Source of the DNA: Nitrosopumilus sp.
Lineage (GTDB): Archaea > Thermoproteota > Nitrososphaeria > Nitrososphaerales > Nitrosopumilaceae
Length of the DNA: 64,000 nucleotides
Reading direction: 5' to 3'
Assembly (NCBI GenBank): GCA_965197525.1
Contig: OZ240211.1
Coordinates: 1,376,001-1,440,000 of the forward strand
This document shows, piece by piece, positions 61,419 to 64,000 of the stretch. The notes under the pieces are model-generated. The model made no database searches and was not told the origin of the DNA. It saw only the letters and a list, made by a program, of their open reading frames with translations. Every line of letters starts with the position of its first letter. Within the stretch, counting starts at the first letter, position 1. The translations under genes and the position numbers were made by a program.

Positions 61419-62825
61419 ATGATGAAGAACAGGATGTTAAGACGCGGACTCTTGCTTCCTGTGTTTGTATTTGCACTCGTCGGTCTGACATCTTCAGCGT
61501 ATGCTGCATGTCCTGCAATATTTGTCCCTCCTCAATACACGATATTACCTGATAATGACGCCGCTGTATTTCTAACATATTCGGAGATAGACAGAATGGA
61601 GACGTTGGTACTACAACCAGAATTTTCTGGAACGGCGACAGAGTTTGGAATGGTTATGCCATTTCCAAACAGACCTGTAATTAATGAGGCCCCTGAAGAC
61701 ATGTTTGACACTCTCTTGGAATACACGACAATAACTTTCGATTCACAGATGATATTCGAAGGCGACTCGATGAACGAGATGGCTCCTGCCTTTTCACCAG
61801 GAGATGTAGTTGTGATCGAAGAAAAGGATGTGGGAGATTTTAAGACGACTGTTCTGACGGCAACTACAGCAATGTCGTTGATTGAATGGCTTGAGGATAA
61901 CAGTTTTGAGTTTAAGGATGAAGATCAAGAAAATTTTGAATATTATGTTGAGAAAGGAGGCTACTATTTTGTAGCCATGAAAGTTAACATGAACGAGGCC
62001 GACGTTGATGAGGATGGAAGAATAAATGGAACACTCAGGCCCATCGAATTCGTGTTTGAGAGTGAATATCCCATGTTACCACTTCGAATAATGGCACACG
62101 ATATGGATCCAATGAGTTTTACACTGTATACATTGGGAGTCTTTCCATATTATGTGCCGGGAGCTGATGTAATCTTTATAGATGTTATAGACAAACCTGC
62201 CCCATCTACAACTACCCTGATGTCATCTAGTGTAACGCCTGATCTTACAGGCGTCATAACACGGATGTCGTTGGAATATCCTATTTCTGATGTGGCACAT
62301 ATCCCTACACCATCGTTATCTGACGAGGTACGACTTGGTGCAGAGTTTTGGGATAAGTATGAGCCATTAGATAAATGGCTTGTACGTATGGATATCGGTT
62401 TTGATCCAAGGGCAATCGAGACAAATCTTATACTCAGACATATAGGACCTATAGATGGGATTATTGCAGATCCAGATCTAATTACACAAAATTTGAAATT
62501 TTCCCCATTTAGTGTCGTGGACCAAGACATTCGTTTGGAATACCCTGTAACCATAAATTCACATCTACTTCCTACTAACAGTGGAATTTTGCATCAACAT
62601 GCTCTTGATGAACTCTCAATCGTTTACGAGGTTGCATCTCCTCGTATCCAATCTGATTATGAAATTCCACCACAGAGTATTGATTGTAAACCAGATCGGC
62701 AATTAATGCTCAAGCCAAATGGGTATGATACGGCTTGCATATTGGAATCAAGTATGCCAAATCTGATCGAACGTGGCTGGCATATATCTACTATGAAGGC
62801 AGATGAATTGAATCGCTTAGGATAA
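61419..62825 (+). CDS. Secreted DUF2330-like protein with thaumarchaeal C-terminal Cys motif
   Basis: FGMVMPFPNRP, WLEDNSF, YFVAMKV, LRPIEF.F...PMLPLRI; tail SP..Q....C....LKPNG..AC....LIERGW. Confidence 0.65.
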   Translation: MMKNRMLRRGLLLPVFVFALVGLTSSAYAACPAIFVPPQYTILPDNDAAVFLTYSEIDRMETLVLQPEFSGTATEFGMVMPFPNRPVINEAPEDMFDTLLEYTTITFDSQMIFEGDSMNEMAPAFSPGDVVVIEEKDVGDFKTTVLTATTAMSLIEWLEDNSFEFKDEDQENFEYYVEKGGYYFVAMKVNMNEADVDEDGRINGTLRPIEFVFESEYPMLPLRIMAHDMDPMSFTLYTLGVFPYYVPGADVIFIDVIDKPAPSTTTLMSSSVTPDLTGVITRMSLEYPISDVAHIPTPSLSDEVRLGAEFWDKYEPLDKWLVRMDIGFDPRAIETNLILRHIGPIDGIIADPDLITQNLKFSPFSVVDQDIRLEYPVTINSHLLPTNSGILHQHALDELSIVYEVASPRIQSDYEIPPQSIDCKPDRQLMLKPNGYDTACILESSMPNLIERGWHISTMKADELNRLG

Positions 62826-62942
62826 ATAGCCTAGATATGTTCCAATGATCTACATTCTACAATAAACTATTTTAATTACTAATTTAGTGGTAATTACCAC
62901 TATTTTAGTAAACTTTATAATCAGATTAGAGAGTTTTTTCTT

Positions 62943-63608
62943 ATGAACTTAGAATCTGGACTAGAATCACTACGGCGTGGTGAATTCGTACTATTATTTG
63001 ATTCTGCAGGACGTGAGAACGAGGTTGATATGGTAGTTGCAGCCGAATTTGTTACTCCTGAACATGTCGCAAGAATGCGCAAGCAGGCAGGCGGGTTACT
63101 ATGTGTTGCCATAGATAATACATTTGCTGCATCACTTCAACTACAATACATGCATGAAATTCTCTCTGACTCTTCAGTTTCAAACAAGGAGATGATAATG
63201 GGTCTGGCACCATACGGTGATTATCCAACCTTTTCACTGTCGGTAAATCACTATCAGACGTATACCGGAATTACTGATAAGGATAGGGCTTTGACAATCA
63301 ATAAGCTATCTAAAATCTTTAATGTTGAGAATAAACAGAAAAAATTTGCCTCTACTTTTAAAACTCCTGGACATGTTCCATTACTAATCGGATCCAAGGG
63401 TTTACTAGCTGCACGTCAGGGGCATACAGAGATGTCAATCTATCTTGCCAAAATTGCAGGTTTGACTCCTATCACTGCAATATGTGAAATGCTGGATTCT
63501 GATACTTATCTTGCACTATCTATCGACAAAGCAGAAAAATTTGCAAAACAGAACGGAATTCCATTAATTGATGGGAAAGAGCTTTTAGAATACGCCAAGG
63601 TGCATTAA
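62943..63608 (+). CDS. ribB: 3,4-dihydroxy-2-butanone-4-phosphate synthase
   Basis: GRENEVD, GITDKDRA, F.TPGHV, RQGHTE, ICEM. Confidence 0.95.
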   Translation: MNLESGLESLRRGEFVLLFDSAGRENEVDMVVAAEFVTPEHVARMRKQAGGLLCVAIDNTFAASLQLQYMHEILSDSSVSNKEMIMGLAPYGDYPTFSLSVNHYQTYTGITDKDRALTINKLSKIFNVENKQKKFASTFKTPGHVPLLIGSKGLLAARQGHTEMSIYLAKIAGLTPITAICEMLDSDTYLALSIDKAEKFAKQNGIPLIDGKELLEYAKVH

Positions 63609-63610
63609 TC

Positions 63611-64000
63611 TTGAATATTGCTCTAGTAGTTTCAGAATTTAATAATGATGTAACATCACGTATGCTTGCAGTAGCTCAGGAGAAAGCAGATCTCATGCAG
63701 TTGACGATATCTTATACTTGTATGGTTCCGGGCGCTTTTGATATGCCCATTGTTGTAGATTCATTATTACAAAAGAGTGATGTTGATGCAGTTGTAACAC
63801 TTGGTGCAATAATCAAAGGTCAGACAAAACATGATGAGATAATATCTCATTGTGCTGCTCAGGCTCTTACTAATCTGTCGTTAAAGTACCACAAACCAGT
63901 ATCTCTAGGAATTTCAGGACCCGGTATGCACCAACGTCACGCTTTTGCACGAATCAGACCGGTTGCAGAGCGTGCAGTAGCGGCTGTCGTAAAGATATCA
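63611..64000 (+). CDS. ribH: 6,7-dimethyl-8-ribityllumazine synthase (runs off the window end)
   Basis: TTG start; IALVVSEFN, VPGAFDMP, LGAIIKGQTKHDE, PVSLGISGPG. Confidence 0.92.
   Translation, partial: MNIALVVSEFNNDVTSRMLAVAQEKADLMQLTISYTCMVPGAFDMPIVVDSLLQKSDVDAVVTLGAIIKGQTKHDEIISHCAAQALTNLSLKYHKPVSLGISGPGMHQRHAFARIRPVAERAVAAVVKIS

Noticed and set aside
538-63237. Numerous antisense or nested ORFs in the track (e.g. 538-969, 3390-3935, 14546-15019, 45258-45710, 46818-47363, 62150-62554)
   Set aside because: They overlap well-supported genes, lack recognisable motifs and have the composition of shadow frames.

Overview
The window is from a low-GC ammonia-oxidising archaeon (Nitrososphaeria, most likely Nitrosopumilaceae). 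This is judged from cdvB, amt, PEFG-/CFI-CTERM surface proteins, class II RNR, nep1, rnp4 and rps19e. Most of it is core genome: preQ0/folate, pyrimidine, A-type ATP synthase, Zn/Cu surface cluster, RNR and riboflavin genes. The strongest signal is at 45.27-48.05 kb. An intact IS110-family recombinase element (45271-46687) has a 5' non-coding end that folds into a two-loop, bridge-RNA-like structure. The first loop's arms match the reconstructed insertion target and the second loop's arms match the element's own circle junction. That target is the terminal inverted repeat of an IS5-family element, into which the IS110 has inserted. Other notable items: the catalytic ATP synthase subunit A gene is a 93-aa in-frame N/C fusion among otherwise intact atp genes; a 1454-bp IS1595-type cargo element with 8-bp TSD sits between atpI and atpE; a related 208-bp MITE lies at 9.9 kb; and an HTH/ATP-cone/apparently dead-NrdD fusion lies directly upstream of nrdJ. 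All calls come from reading the sequence by eye; no searches or folding programs were run.
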